Shown here: positions 10,801-19,263 of the stretch, piece after piece | Layout: each line of letters opens with the position of its first letter | How positions within the stretch are numbered: the first letter of the stretch is position 1 | Origin: Terriglobia bacterium | GTDB lineage: Bacteria > Acidobacteriota > Terriglobia > Terriglobales > Acidobacteriaceae | Reading direction: 5' to 3' | DNA: 64,000 nucleotides | Assembly (NCBI GenBank): GCA_963724105.1 | Contig: CAVRTD010000002.1 | Coordinates: forward strand, 29,650 to 93,649 | Position numbers and translations under genes: made by a program | The notes under the pieces: model-generated | The model's database searches: none | What the model was told of the DNA's origin: nothing | Seen by the model: the letters and a program-made list of their open reading frames with translations, nothing else

Positions 10801-11876
10801 CGTCAGTATCGAGTAGCTCCACCACAGCGGGAACGGTTGTCACCATCAGCGCATCGGTTTCTTCCACTTCGGGAACACCGTTCGGCGGCGTAACGTTCTT
10901 TGCCGGCAATGTACCGTTAGGAACCGCGTCACTCCACGCTGATGGCACTGCCAGTTTCAGTACGGCCTCGTTGAGCACCGGAACACACACACTTTCGGCG
11001 AGCTTCAACGCCAATGCCACATTCGCTGGCAGCAGTTCCTCTGTTCCGGTAACACTTGTGGTAAATGCACCTTCTGCCACCGCCATACCAACTTTTGCGG
11101 CGCTCTCCACCAGTGTTCATCCTGAGAACGGAACCATGTCTTTTGTGGTCACCATGGCGGCTAACCATGGTTCACCGCAATCCACTGTGGTCTTTCTTGA
11201 CGGAGGCGTCATCCTGGGAAAGGCCATGACCGATTCGGCAGGCATTGCCACTCTCAACATTCCATTGCCCGGAAACGGCACTCACGATTTCCGCGCCAGT
11301 TTTAGCGGCGACTCCCAATTTGCACCCAGCGTTACTCCTGAGGCCCAGGAACTATGGCCAGACTCCGGACCAAACTTTTCTGTGGCCGTAAACCCTGTAA
11401 TCATCAAATTCAATGGCGAGAGTGCTGAAGGAGAAGTCTCCGTCACGGCCGCGAGCGCACTTCAGGATCCAATTCAACTCACTTGTGTCTCCGGACTTCC
11501 TGCCGGTTACTCCTGCAATTTTGAACCATCATCGTTGTCCCAGGGCGGCCTTTCACGTTTTTCCATTCGTCCTGCCACCATGAGTGGCAACGCCCTGCCG
11601 GATAATTCAGCATCGCAAAAGCGCAGTTTCAATTCGCTGCTGCGTGGCCTTGCTTTCGTCGTGGTCCCTCTGGTCGGCATCTTTGCCCTGCCTCGCCGAC
11701 GCATACCCGCACTCCTGGCTCTGCTGTGCTGCATAGGTTTGGGCGTACTCTGGGGATGTGGCGGCAGAGGGTTGCAGGCGGACAAGGCAGAAGTAGTCAC
11801 GATTCAGGCTATAGCCGGGAACGCCCAATCACGCTCGGTTCACTCGACTCAGTTGATTCTCATGGTTCCAAAATAG
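7869..11876 (+). CDS. giant FG-GAP/VCBS-repeat plus Ig-like-domain surface protein
   Basis: 1335 aa with a signal peptide. There are many (D)FN(G/H)DG.PDL repeats (FG-GAP/VCBS type) in the first ~750 aa. Serial Ig-like modules follow (..TATASVS.., ..ATYNGDS.., ..ASFSGDS..), then a C-terminal hydrophobic anchor with RRR. Confidence 0.85.
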   Translation: MRCALRRIALVIVVCLSIGFKGGAFAQTFNSPPLLPTAFDPVAVATGDFNHDGNPDLIYVDGAGQTQHTLHVLLGRGNGTFSHGQDVLLPTGICIFACTINVADVSADGLPDLIMGGNIELTGEVAVLVGKADGTFQTPIISTLPPSTQGFPSFGGVIAVADFNGDGAPDLAMGDPSNSAIHILSGDKAGHFTEAAILPDDTRSGDLHAIDLNHDGHLDLVALGSASTGGFDVFFGNGDGTFQFRVLHELGAGFKGFLVDADGDGQPDILAQLNTTGTVTQIIFLKGNPDGTFAPALAIGQLPGQLSDNIGLVSIGDFSGDGILDLEVTNKTGIGILLGRPGLTFGPMITSLSGGTSNPFINAQAQADFNKDGHLDLAMPSEGGIVLLMGKGDGSFQSGAQVYDVGSPVTTIAVADFNGDKLPDIAVAISAAIPRLLFGQADGTFVLEPDPNATHGSGPETLEVGDFNGDGNADLSLGIPFGPHTVSFGDGHGGFSAPLIVPTGAPDIADFNGDGHSDMAIINVSANCFPGCQFTVSLGQANKTFVTKSTTILGITDAILTAIGDLNGDGLPDVVLTGDGTLQVWLGKGDGTFTLGSSLNIATFNAGSFGVSTTAAATGAAVVDLDGDGKKDLVLMPVVDLANQFFVPPQALMVLYGQGDGTFEPPVLVPLSHYYTQITIADVNQDQRPDLILNDGLGIAVILNRGNRTFEEESRYVAGTSIAGLTAVDVNGDGFPDLVVANPGGTTVAVLLNNPTGIPPGGIHPLASLSITPEPSDFAAAFTATASVSAPNLTSPAPTGNVDFILDGSLAATIPLSSGTASFSFASPLTPGLHQVFATYNGDSVYAMASVNRPHTVNRQVFATTTALTATPSVALASQTVHLEANVSAAGGATVCPPIIGNICSWGVVTFVEGTQTLHTQSADENGRAVFDTALLSPGIHSLSAIYHGFSNAAQIFPQSTSAPVTVTVNTLPTATTASVSSSSTTAGTVVTISASVSSTSGTPFGGVTFFAGNVPLGTASLHADGTASFSTASLSTGTHTLSASFNANATFAGSSSSVPVTLVVNAPSATAIPTFAALSTSVHPENGTMSFVVTMAANHGSPQSTVVFLDGGVILGKAMTDSAGIATLNIPLPGNGTHDFRASFSGDSQFAPSVTPEAQELWPDSGPNFSVAVNPVIIKFNGESAEGEVSVTAASALQDPIQLTCVSGLPAGYSCNFEPSSLSQGGLSRFSIRPATMSGNALPDNSASQKRSFNSLLRGLAFVVVPLVGIFALPRRRIPALLALLCCIGLGVLWGCGGRGLQADKAEVVTIQAIAGNAQSRSVHSTQLILMVPK

Positions 11877-12001
11877 CAGCCTCGCATTCGGCTCCTTCTG
11901 TGAACGCTGTTGGAATCAGGGCAGATCATAATTCTGGCGAAACGCAGCTAGCAGAGCGAGTGCCGGGCAGCCTGATCCAGTCTCCAGGCTGCACAGTTCC
12001 G

Positions 12002-12057
12002 TGGCATGTTTTCCCGGTTATCTCTCCTGTTACTTCCCTGCTCAGTCCCTGTTACGA
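12002..12057. repeat. copy B of the ~55-bp CCTGTTA-containing intergenic repeat
   Basis: TGGCATGTTTTCCCGGTTATCTCTCCTGTTACTTCCCTGCTCAGTCCCTGTTACGA; see copy A at 4514-4568. Weaker similarity continues ~25 nt further (..AGAAAC..CACT.AC..). Confidence 0.6.
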
Positions 12058-12257
12058 TTTCAGGCCAGAAACCACTTACTCCAGCGTTTATGGGGGATAG
12101 GCACATCAGAACCACTCAACCGCCAAATTCCCCGTTAACCGGAATTTTCGAACAGAGATCAGTTCGCGGGTGACTACATCCACCGCCAGACAGTCTGCAG
12201 CATGACCATGTGACCTGGCGCGGACTTCCGTAACCCAATCAGGGCGGGCCATACAAC

Positions 12258-14576
12258 TCACTGCGGGCCTGCCGGGAGATGCTCGGTCAAATACCGCGTC
12301 AACAAGTGATACAGGTGCACGGTCGTGCCCGGGCCTTCATAGATGCCGTGAGTGCGATCGGGATAGGTCATGAAGTCGAAAGGTTTCCCGAGCGCGATGA
12401 GCTTGTTCACCAGCAGTTCCGTCCCCTGGTAGTGAACATTGTCGTCCCCGGAGCCGTGCACAATCAGCAGATGGCCCTTTAATCCTGCCGCGAAATTGAT
12501 CGCCGAACCCTGCTTGTAGCCGTCGACGTTGTCCTGGGGCAGCCCCATGTAACGCTCCTGGTAGATTGAGTCGTATAGGCGCTGGTCGGGCACCGGCGCC
12601 ACCGCCATGCCGACTTTATAGAGATCGGGCGAACGAAATATCAGGTTGAGAGTGTTGGTGCCGCCGCCGCTCCAGCCCCAGACGGCAACGCGATCCAGAT
12701 CGACGAACGCGTCCATTTTGCCGAGCGAACGAAGAGCCTGTGCTTGCTGCCTGGACGAGAGAACGCCGACATTGCCATAGATGGCCTTGCGCCATGCACG
12801 GCCGCGTGGCGCGGGAGTGCCGGAATTGTCGAAGCTGACCACGAGGTATCCGAGGGAAGCGATGTAGCGGTGGAAGAGCGTGCCGTTGCCGCCCCAGCGG
12901 TCGACCGTAGTTTGCGACGCTGGTTCGCCGTAGATATTCACCAGGACCGGGTATTTCTTCGAAGGATCAAAGTTGGGCGGCTTGATCATCCAGCCGTCCA
13001 CCATTACACCGTCGCCCGCATCCGCCTTGAAGAACTCCGCTGGCGGTGTGAGGAACTGCGCGATCTTTTTCCTGGATTCGGTGCTGTCGCCGCTCATACG
13101 TACGAGCTTGTGATTTGGCAGAGACACAAGTTCGCGCAGCCCAGGATCATTGATGCTGGAGAAATTGTGAAAGGCGTACTTCCCGTCGGGCGAAATGGTG
13201 TAACTATTGGCGCCGACGAAGCCGCCCGGAGTGACGCGCACCGGATCAGCCGAGCCATCGAGGGGTGAGCGATAGAGGTAGCGTTGAGTCGCGTTATCGG
13301 GAGACGCAATGAAATAGAGCACTCCTCCCTTTTCATCGACGCCCTCAATTCCAGCGGTATCCATGGCCCCGCGTGTAACCAGCGTTTCATGGCCGCTGCG
13401 ATCAATGGCCCACACGTGCATCCAGCCATCCTTTTCACTGACGGCGAGGAACTGGCGGCCCTCATGAATCGGCCGCGCTTCCGGCAGCCCCCCAAAGCCG
13501 ATGGTGATGAAGGCATCGTCGTGATCGCGCCACATCTGGTGGACAGCACCCGAGCTGGCGTCGGCCAGGAGATAATTGTCGGTGTTCTGTAGCCGATTGA
13601 GTTGCTGGATCAGAAGCGTATTGGCATCGGCCCACTGCATGCGCGCGATGTAGATCTGGCGCGGATCGCCAGGGACATCCATCCATTTCACGCTTCCCTT
13701 GCCATCGGCATTTACTACGCCGGCGCGTACGGCTGAATTTGTGGTCCCTGCCAGCGGATAAGGAACCTGCATCTCCACCGGATATGGGCCGGGCTGCGGA
13801 TATGGAATGTCCGTGACCACTTCGCGTTCTTTGCCGAGATAGTACATGAGCGCGAAGTCCCCGACCTTGTGCAGGTCAAATTGCCAGAACGCGATTCGCT
13901 TCCCGTCAGGGCTCCAGCGAAAACAGTCGTGCAAGTCCAACTCTTCCTCGTTCACCCAGTCAGAGCCGCCATTGATGATCAGATCGGAGCCGTCGTGGGT
14001 GATGCGTTGGATCTCTCCGCTCGCGAGGTCTTCAACGTATATGTCATTGTTCTTAACGTAAGCTGCCTTGGTCGCCTCGGGATTGAATTTGGCATACATC
14101 AGGCTGGCCTCTGCTGCATCTCCCCCCAGCTTCTTGAGCTTGCCGGTCGTGCGGTCAAACAACCAGTAGTCTCCGCGAGAATTGGTGCGCCATACACGGT
14201 GAGTATTCGAGAAAATCAGGACGCGCTGGTTGTCCTTTGACCAACTCAATCCCGCAATCTGTAGCGCCTCTTTCGCGCCTTCAGGCGTGACCTGCGCGGC
14301 CGTGATCAGGACCTCGCGGTTCTTGCCCGTCGCGGTGTCGTACTTTACCAGGTCACGTCCGTGGCCGCCGGCCGCTGGTTCCATCGCAATATAGGATTGC
14401 CCATCATCGAACCAGCGCGGTGGAGGCGAGGGACGCTCGCTGAATTCACCAGTGAAGATGCGGGTGATCGTGTCCTTTGGCGTTTCCTGCGCCGGTGCAG
14501 GTTGCTGCGCGGACGACACGGCAGACAACACCAGGATTGAAATAAACCCTAAGTAACGAAGGACACGCTGGTTCAT
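12258..14576 (-). CDS. dipeptidyl-peptidase IV-type (S9B) serine peptidase
   Basis: 772 aa with a signal peptide and a DPPIV N-terminal propeller-like region (GDYWLFDRTTGKLKKL). The catalytic nucleophile motif is GWSGGG, with downstream GSGDDNVH and DRTHGI (Asp/His of the triad). Confidence 0.9.
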   Translation of the reverse strand: MNQRVLRYLGFISILVLSAVSSAQQPAPAQETPKDTITRIFTGEFSERPSPPPRWFDDGQSYIAMEPAAGGHGRDLVKYDTATGKNREVLITAAQVTPEGAKEALQIAGLSWSKDNQRVLIFSNTHRVWRTNSRGDYWLFDRTTGKLKKLGGDAAEASLMYAKFNPEATKAAYVKNNDIYVEDLASGEIQRITHDGSDLIINGGSDWVNEEELDLHDCFRWSPDGKRIAFWQFDLHKVGDFALMYYLGKEREVVTDIPYPQPGPYPVEMQVPYPLAGTTNSAVRAGVVNADGKGSVKWMDVPGDPRQIYIARMQWADANTLLIQQLNRLQNTDNYLLADASSGAVHQMWRDHDDAFITIGFGGLPEARPIHEGRQFLAVSEKDGWMHVWAIDRSGHETLVTRGAMDTAGIEGVDEKGGVLYFIASPDNATQRYLYRSPLDGSADPVRVTPGGFVGANSYTISPDGKYAFHNFSSINDPGLRELVSLPNHKLVRMSGDSTESRKKIAQFLTPPAEFFKADAGDGVMVDGWMIKPPNFDPSKKYPVLVNIYGEPASQTTVDRWGGNGTLFHRYIASLGYLVVSFDNSGTPAPRGRAWRKAIYGNVGVLSSRQQAQALRSLGKMDAFVDLDRVAVWGWSGGGTNTLNLIFRSPDLYKVGMAVAPVPDQRLYDSIYQERYMGLPQDNVDGYKQGSAINFAAGLKGHLLIVHGSGDDNVHYQGTELLVNKLIALGKPFDFMTYPDRTHGIYEGPGTTVHLYHLLTRYLTEHLPAGPQ

Positions 14577-14811
14577 GAGATTCTCCTAATGAATTGAAAG
14601 GAGCGATGGTACGGGAGAGGAAGGGAGAATGCAATTTCTTAACCCCCGTCGAGAAACCCCGTCTTCATCCAAAGGTTCAAGACGATGCGGCCCGGGAGAG
14701 TGTCTGACGGCTCCACGTGTCCTCGGCGACAATCCTCATTCAACAAAAGCTCAGGAGGGACAGAACAAGCCGAGTTGGATGCTAGGACGAAATCATAAAT
14801 TTTGAATCTAT

Positions 14812-14831
14812 GGGATTACAGATATAATCTT
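14812..14831. promoter_or_regulatory. palindromic operator GGGATTA-N6-TAATCTT immediately upstream of the TetR-family gene
   Basis: GGGATTACAGATATAATCTT ends 8 nt before the ATG at 14839. A second copy with the same half-sites and spacing is at 15429-15448. Confidence 0.5.
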
Positions 14832-14838
14832 AAGAATC

Positions 14839-15414
14839 ATGCGTTATGGCCCCGATCACAAATCCAAAACCCGTCAGCGTATCGTAAAGAGCGCTTCCAG
14901 ACAATTTCGTGCCCAGGGGTTGGGTGGCCCCGGAGTCGCGCGTATTATGCGTGCCTCGGGCCTCACGGTGGGAGGATTTTATAAGCATTTTCGCACCAGG
15001 GACGACCTCGTTACCGAAGCCGTTGAAGAGAGCCTGCGCGATCTACGAGAACGGCTCCTTGGACCGGCCATGCATCTGCCCCCTGGAGATGCGTGGAAGC
15101 AGATCATTGCCAATTATTTATCCATCGAGCATTGCGAGCATGCTGATGTCGGCTGTCCGCTCGCCGCGCTTGCGCCTGAGATTTCCCGCACGAAACCGTC
15201 TGTCAAAAAGCGGATCGCGGGAATGTTGAAGCAGCACCGCGACGAAATCATGCCCTTTGTTCCTGGAAACAATGCCGCGGAGAAACAGAAAAACTTTATT
15301 GTGACTATGTCCACGATGGCCGGCGCAATTGCTTTTGCGCGTACCATGCAAGAGCCTGGGGACAAGCAGAGAATTCTTAATACAGTGCGAGATCACCTGT
15401 TGACCAGTTTGTAA
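14839..15414 (+). CDS. TetR-family transcriptional regulator
   Basis: The N-terminal HTH KTRQRIVKSASRQFRAQGLGGPGVARIMRASGLTVGGFYKHFRTRDDL is the classical TetR_N signature. Confidence 0.9.
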   Translation: MRYGPDHKSKTRQRIVKSASRQFRAQGLGGPGVARIMRASGLTVGGFYKHFRTRDDLVTEAVEESLRDLRERLLGPAMHLPPGDAWKQIIANYLSIEHCEHADVGCPLAALAPEISRTKPSVKKRIAGMLKQHRDEIMPFVPGNNAAEKQKNFIVTMSTMAGAIAFARTMQEPGDKQRILNTVRDHLLTSL

Positions 15415-15428
15415 TTTTTTTCGCACAT

Positions 15429-15448
15429 GGGATTATGACAATAATCTT
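15429..15448. promoter_or_regulatory. second copy of the GGGATTA-N6-TAATCTT operator, upstream of the membrane-protein gene
   Basis: GGGATTATGACAATAATCTT lies 40 nt upstream of the ATG at 15488. Confidence 0.5.
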
Positions 15449-15487
15449 ATTGCCTAACGCCTTCTAATTTCTAATAAGGAGTCCAAA

Positions 15488-16012
15488 ATGTCACCGCAAA
15501 TTATCTTCCTACTGCATCTTCTTCTGGGTTACGTTGCGTGCATGCTTTTTGTGAGCGTCTACGTACTGCCCAAACTCAAGTCGATGGATCGCATTGAGGC
15601 ACATCGCATCATCGCAACTATTCACAGCTTCCGCTTCTTCGGCCTGGTCTTTATCCTCCCGGGCGTGGTCGGCCCGAATCTCCCAGCAGGCTTCGCGATA
15701 TCCGCCGCTTATGGCGACTTTGCAACTGGAATTTTAGCCATCATCGCCCTTCTCACCGTAAGAATCCGCCCAGCTTTTTGGCTGTTCGTCGTCGCCTTCA
15801 ATCTAGTGGGGACGGTGGACCTTATACTCGCCTATTATCACGCCGTCCGGCTCGGACTTCCTGCGCTGGCGGGGCAACTGGGCGCCGCCTACGTGATCCC
15901 AATAATCTACGTTCCCTTTCTGATGATCACGCACATCGTCGCATTCTATTTACTGATGCGGCCTCATCCTAAAGCGGCTCGGGCCCTTGTCCAGGATGTG
16001 GTCGCATCTTAA
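15488..16012 (+). CDS. integral membrane protein of unknown function (probable TetR target)
   Basis: 174 aa with 4-5 hydrophobic helices. RBS AAGGAG is upstream. The gene is preceded by the operator copy. Confidence 0.6.
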   Translation: MSPQIIFLLHLLLGYVACMLFVSVYVLPKLKSMDRIEAHRIIATIHSFRFFGLVFILPGVVGPNLPAGFAISAAYGDFATGILAIIALLTVRIRPAFWLFVVAFNLVGTVDLILAYYHAVRLGLPALAGQLGAAYVIPIIYVPFLMITHIVAFYLLMRPHPKAARALVQDVVAS

Positions 16013-16047
16013 GATCGGATTCTCTGCATCACGAAGGGAGATTTCGA

Positions 16048-16398
16048 ATGTCAGATCCGGCGGATTTCTTAAAACGTGTTTACGACCTTTTCAACGCTCG
16101 TGATATGGAGACAGTACTCGCAGCCATGCACGAGGATGTCATTTGGGCCAACGGCTTTGAAGGCGGCCATGTCCACGGACGTAGCGGAGTGCGCAGCTAC
16201 TGGACACATCAGTGGGCGACGATCAACCCGCACGTCGAACCGCTCGCGTTTGCCTGCGGCCCCGAAGGAGAGGTGGTTGTGGAAGTCCATCAAGTCGTGC
16301 GTGACCTCAAAGGGAATCTTCTGGCGGACCAGATGGTCGGTCATGTGTTTCGAATTGAAAATGGCTTGATCAAGCGCTTTGATATCCGCGACGTATAG
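16048..16398 (+). CDS. SnoaL/NTF2-like small protein
   Basis: 116 aa. The pattern VYDLFNARDMETVLAAMHEDVIW...G...H.R..V..YW is typical of the SnoaL-like/ketosteroid-isomerase-like fold. Family-level call only. Confidence 0.65.
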   Translation: MSDPADFLKRVYDLFNARDMETVLAAMHEDVIWANGFEGGHVHGRSGVRSYWTHQWATINPHVEPLAFACGPEGEVVVEVHQVVRDLKGNLLADQMVGHVFRIENGLIKRFDIRDV

Positions 16399-16555
16399 TT
16401 CCCCGCTCCGCGCCATGAACGCAGATAAAAACGGCAATTATTAGAAGATACACATTTGACTGCGCCGGTTCGATGGCGGCTTCGCACAGGTATAGAATGT
16501 GAGTCAATTTGAGGCCGGCTCCACATCGCGATACTTGATTGACGGAGGCTGAAAG

Positions 16556-17995
16556 ATGACAGGCAGCAAGCCAAAGCAGATTCTTGCTCGCATACGCTCT
16601 AGAGCCACAAGGGTTTCGGCGCTATCCATTGTAGGATCCGCATTGCTTGGGCTGATGGTTCCGATTTTTGCTGCGGGACAGACAACTCAGCCATCAGCTA
16701 ACTTCGGTAGCATCCCCAGCGGAACGGCAAGCAAAGAAGTTCTGCATCTCACCCTTCGCGATGCTATCACCATGGCGCTACGCTACAACCTTGGCCAGAT
16801 TGAAAGCGGAGAGAATGCACGCATAGCGCGCGGGCAGCGGCTTCGCGCAATGAGCGCGCTTCTACCGCAGATAAGCGCAGGGGCTGCGGAAAACGTGGAG
16901 CAATTCAGCGCATCCACACTGGGCATCAAGATTCCTCAAGTCCCTGCCGTAATAGGGCCGTTTAGCTTCTCGACTGCACAGGCGAACGCCAGTCTAAACC
17001 TCTTCAATTTCGAATCGATACAACGCTTCCTTGCTGCCCGCAACAACGAGCAAGCTGTTCAGCTTACATACAATGACACGCTCGACGTCATCACGCTGAT
17101 CGTGGGCAATGCTTACCTCGAGGTGATTCAGGCGAAATCACGCATTGAGGCGGAACAAGCGCAGGTAAAAAATGCGCAGGCGCTCTATGACCAGGCCGTG
17201 GACCAGCTTCAGTCCGGCACGAGCACGAAAATTGATGAAACCCGCAGCGGCGTGCAACTGCATACAGAGCAGTACAACATGAGCATTGCGGAGAACAACT
17301 TTGCAATCGCGAAGCTAAACCTCTCGCGTGCTATTGGCCTGCCGCTCGGTCAGGCTTTCGACCTTGCCGATCAACTGCCGTACGCGGACATGAATCCACA
17401 GACCGTCGAAGATGCTCTGAACACTGCTTATAAGACTCGCAGCGATTTCCGGGCCGCTCTCAGTGTAGTAAAGTCCGCCCAGCAGCAGCTTTCTGCAACT
17501 CGCGGAGAGCGTTACCCGGTGCTGGCGGCCAACGGTGACTACGGCGTGCAAGGCCCCAATCCTGGCACCCTCCATGGCGCCTTTACTTTTCAAGCAGGAG
17601 TGAGCGTTCCAATTTTCACCAGCGGACGAATCAAGGGCGATATAGCCGAAGCTGAGGCAGCGCTTCGCCAACGCCGGGCGGAAGCTGAGAACCTGCGCGG
17701 GCAGATCGACTATGACGTTCGCACCGCATTTCTGAATCTGCAGGCAGCCCGGCAGCGGGTAACGGTCGCGAAAGAGAATGTGGATCTCGCTAATGAAAAT
17801 CTCTCTCGCTCGCAGGAGCGCTTCGCCGCCGGCGTGACAGACAGTGTGGAAGTCGTGCAGGCTCAGCAGGCATTAGCAAGCGCGAATGATCAATATATTT
17901 CGGGCCTCTACAGCCACAATTTGTCAAAACTACAGCTTGCCCGGGCATTGGGCGTGGCGCGAACCAATTACAACCAGTATCTCGTTGTGCAGTAA
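16556..17995 (+). CDS. TolC-family outer-membrane efflux protein
   Basis: 479 aa with a signal peptide. It has two OEP-type repeats (LTLRDAITMALRYN..., ...LNTAYKTRSDFRAA...). It is first in the operon with the HlyD and MFS genes. Confidence 0.85.
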   Translation: MTGSKPKQILARIRSRATRVSALSIVGSALLGLMVPIFAAGQTTQPSANFGSIPSGTASKEVLHLTLRDAITMALRYNLGQIESGENARIARGQRLRAMSALLPQISAGAAENVEQFSASTLGIKIPQVPAVIGPFSFSTAQANASLNLFNFESIQRFLAARNNEQAVQLTYNDTLDVITLIVGNAYLEVIQAKSRIEAEQAQVKNAQALYDQAVDQLQSGTSTKIDETRSGVQLHTEQYNMSIAENNFAIAKLNLSRAIGLPLGQAFDLADQLPYADMNPQTVEDALNTAYKTRSDFRAALSVVKSAQQQLSATRGERYPVLAANGDYGVQGPNPGTLHGAFTFQAGVSVPIFTSGRIKGDIAEAEAALRQRRAEAENLRGQIDYDVRTAFLNLQAARQRVTVAKENVDLANENLSRSQERFAAGVTDSVEVVQAQQALASANDQYISGLYSHNLSKLQLARALGVARTNYNQYLVVQ

Positions 17996-18015
17996 CCAAT
18001 AAAGGGAGTATTGCA

Positions 18016-19263
18016 ATGGCGACTCAACCTCATCCTGACGTAGAAAAGCCCGAAGACGCGGACGACAAAAGTGGGGTATCAAGGCGCGATACCGTCAGGC
18101 GATCGCGCTTCAAGTTCCGCCGTATTTATCTCATTCCGCTTGCATTGCTGTTGATCATTGGGGCTGTTTTCTTATGGTTTTATTTTGCAAGCTACGAATC
18201 TACAGATGATGGGCAAGTGGATGTGCACCTCTATCCTGTGAGCTCACGCGACTCTGGCTACGTCATTAAAGTAAACGTCAATGACAATCAGTATGTGCAG
18301 CAGGGGACCGTGCTCGTCGAGATCGATCCTAAGGATTATGAGGTTGCCGTTGCAAAAGCACGCGCGGACCTGGCGAATGCGGAAGCGACCGCAAAGTCTC
18401 TTAATATTAATGTTCCCATAGCATCTGTAAATACCTCGAGCCAACTGCGATCGGCAGCATCCGATGTGAGCAATACCACCGCAGGCATTATTACTGCTCA
18501 GAAGCAGCTCGCCGCTGCGCAAGCCCAGGTGGAACAGGCTGAGGCCAATGACGTAAAAGCCCAGGATGACTTGAAACGGTACAAAAGGCTGGTAGACAAG
18601 CAAAACGTTTCTGAGCAGATCTATGACCAGGCAGTGGCCGCAGCGAAGGCCAGCACCGCCAATGTGTCTGCAGCCAGGGCCAATGAAGCGGCAGCGGAGC
18701 AGGCAGTCCAACAGGCGAAAGACCGGCTCGCGCAGGCTGAAGCGAACCATCGGTCTGCGGAAACTGGCCCCCAGCAAGTGGCTTCAACAAACGCCCGCGC
18801 CCTCGCTGCCGTGGCGGATGTCCAGCAGAAGCGCGCCGCTCTGGAACAGGCAGAGCTTAATCTGCTGTACACAAAAATTCTCGCGCCAGTCAACGGTGTG
18901 GTGAACAAGAGCGTCGTGGTCGGGTTGAACGTGCAGCCCGGCCAGCAGTTATTGACCGTCGTTCCGCTGGACGAGGTCTGGATCACTGCCAATTTCAAAG
19001 AAACACAGCTCAGGCATATGAAAGTTGGACAAAAGGCAAAAATCTATGTGGATTCAACAGGCACGACCCTGCGTGGACACGTTGACAGCATTGCCGGCGC
19101 AACGGGTCCTACATTCAGCTTGCTTCCACCGGAGAATGCCACCGGAAACTTCGTGAAAATTGTTCAGCGGGTTCCGGTAAAGATTGTTCTTGAGCCTGGA
19201 GAAAACAGTGACCATCGGCTGCGGCCAGGAATGAACGTTGTGCCCAGAGTAGAACTGCGATGA
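18016..19263 (+). CDS. HlyD/EmrA-type membrane fusion protein
   Basis: 415 aa with an N-terminal TM and the lipoyl-like motif GTVLVEIDPKDYEVAVAKARADLANAEA. A long coiled coil follows, then ..LNLLYTKILAPVNGVV... Confidence 0.9.
   Translation: MATQPHPDVEKPEDADDKSGVSRRDTVRRSRFKFRRIYLIPLALLLIIGAVFLWFYFASYESTDDGQVDVHLYPVSSRDSGYVIKVNVNDNQYVQQGTVLVEIDPKDYEVAVAKARADLANAEATAKSLNINVPIASVNTSSQLRSAASDVSNTTAGIITAQKQLAAAQAQVEQAEANDVKAQDDLKRYKRLVDKQNVSEQIYDQAVAAAKASTANVSAARANEAAAEQAVQQAKDRLAQAEANHRSAETGPQQVASTNARALAAVADVQQKRAALEQAELNLLYTKILAPVNGVVNKSVVVGLNVQPGQQLLTVVPLDEVWITANFKETQLRHMKVGQKAKIYVDSTGTTLRGHVDSIAGATGPTFSLLPPENATGNFVKIVQRVPVKIVLEPGENSDHRLRPGMNVVPRVELR

Noticed and set aside
11560-11876. C-terminal end of the FG-GAP/Ig protein: a hydrophobic segment plus RRR, then a second hydrophobic segment with a lipobox-like LWGCGG, then one more beta-strand-rich piece.
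   Set aside because: This odd tail looks like a layout I recall as common in large Ig-repeat proteins of Acidobacteria-like genomes. I have no basis to call it a distinct sorting signal or a gene fusion.
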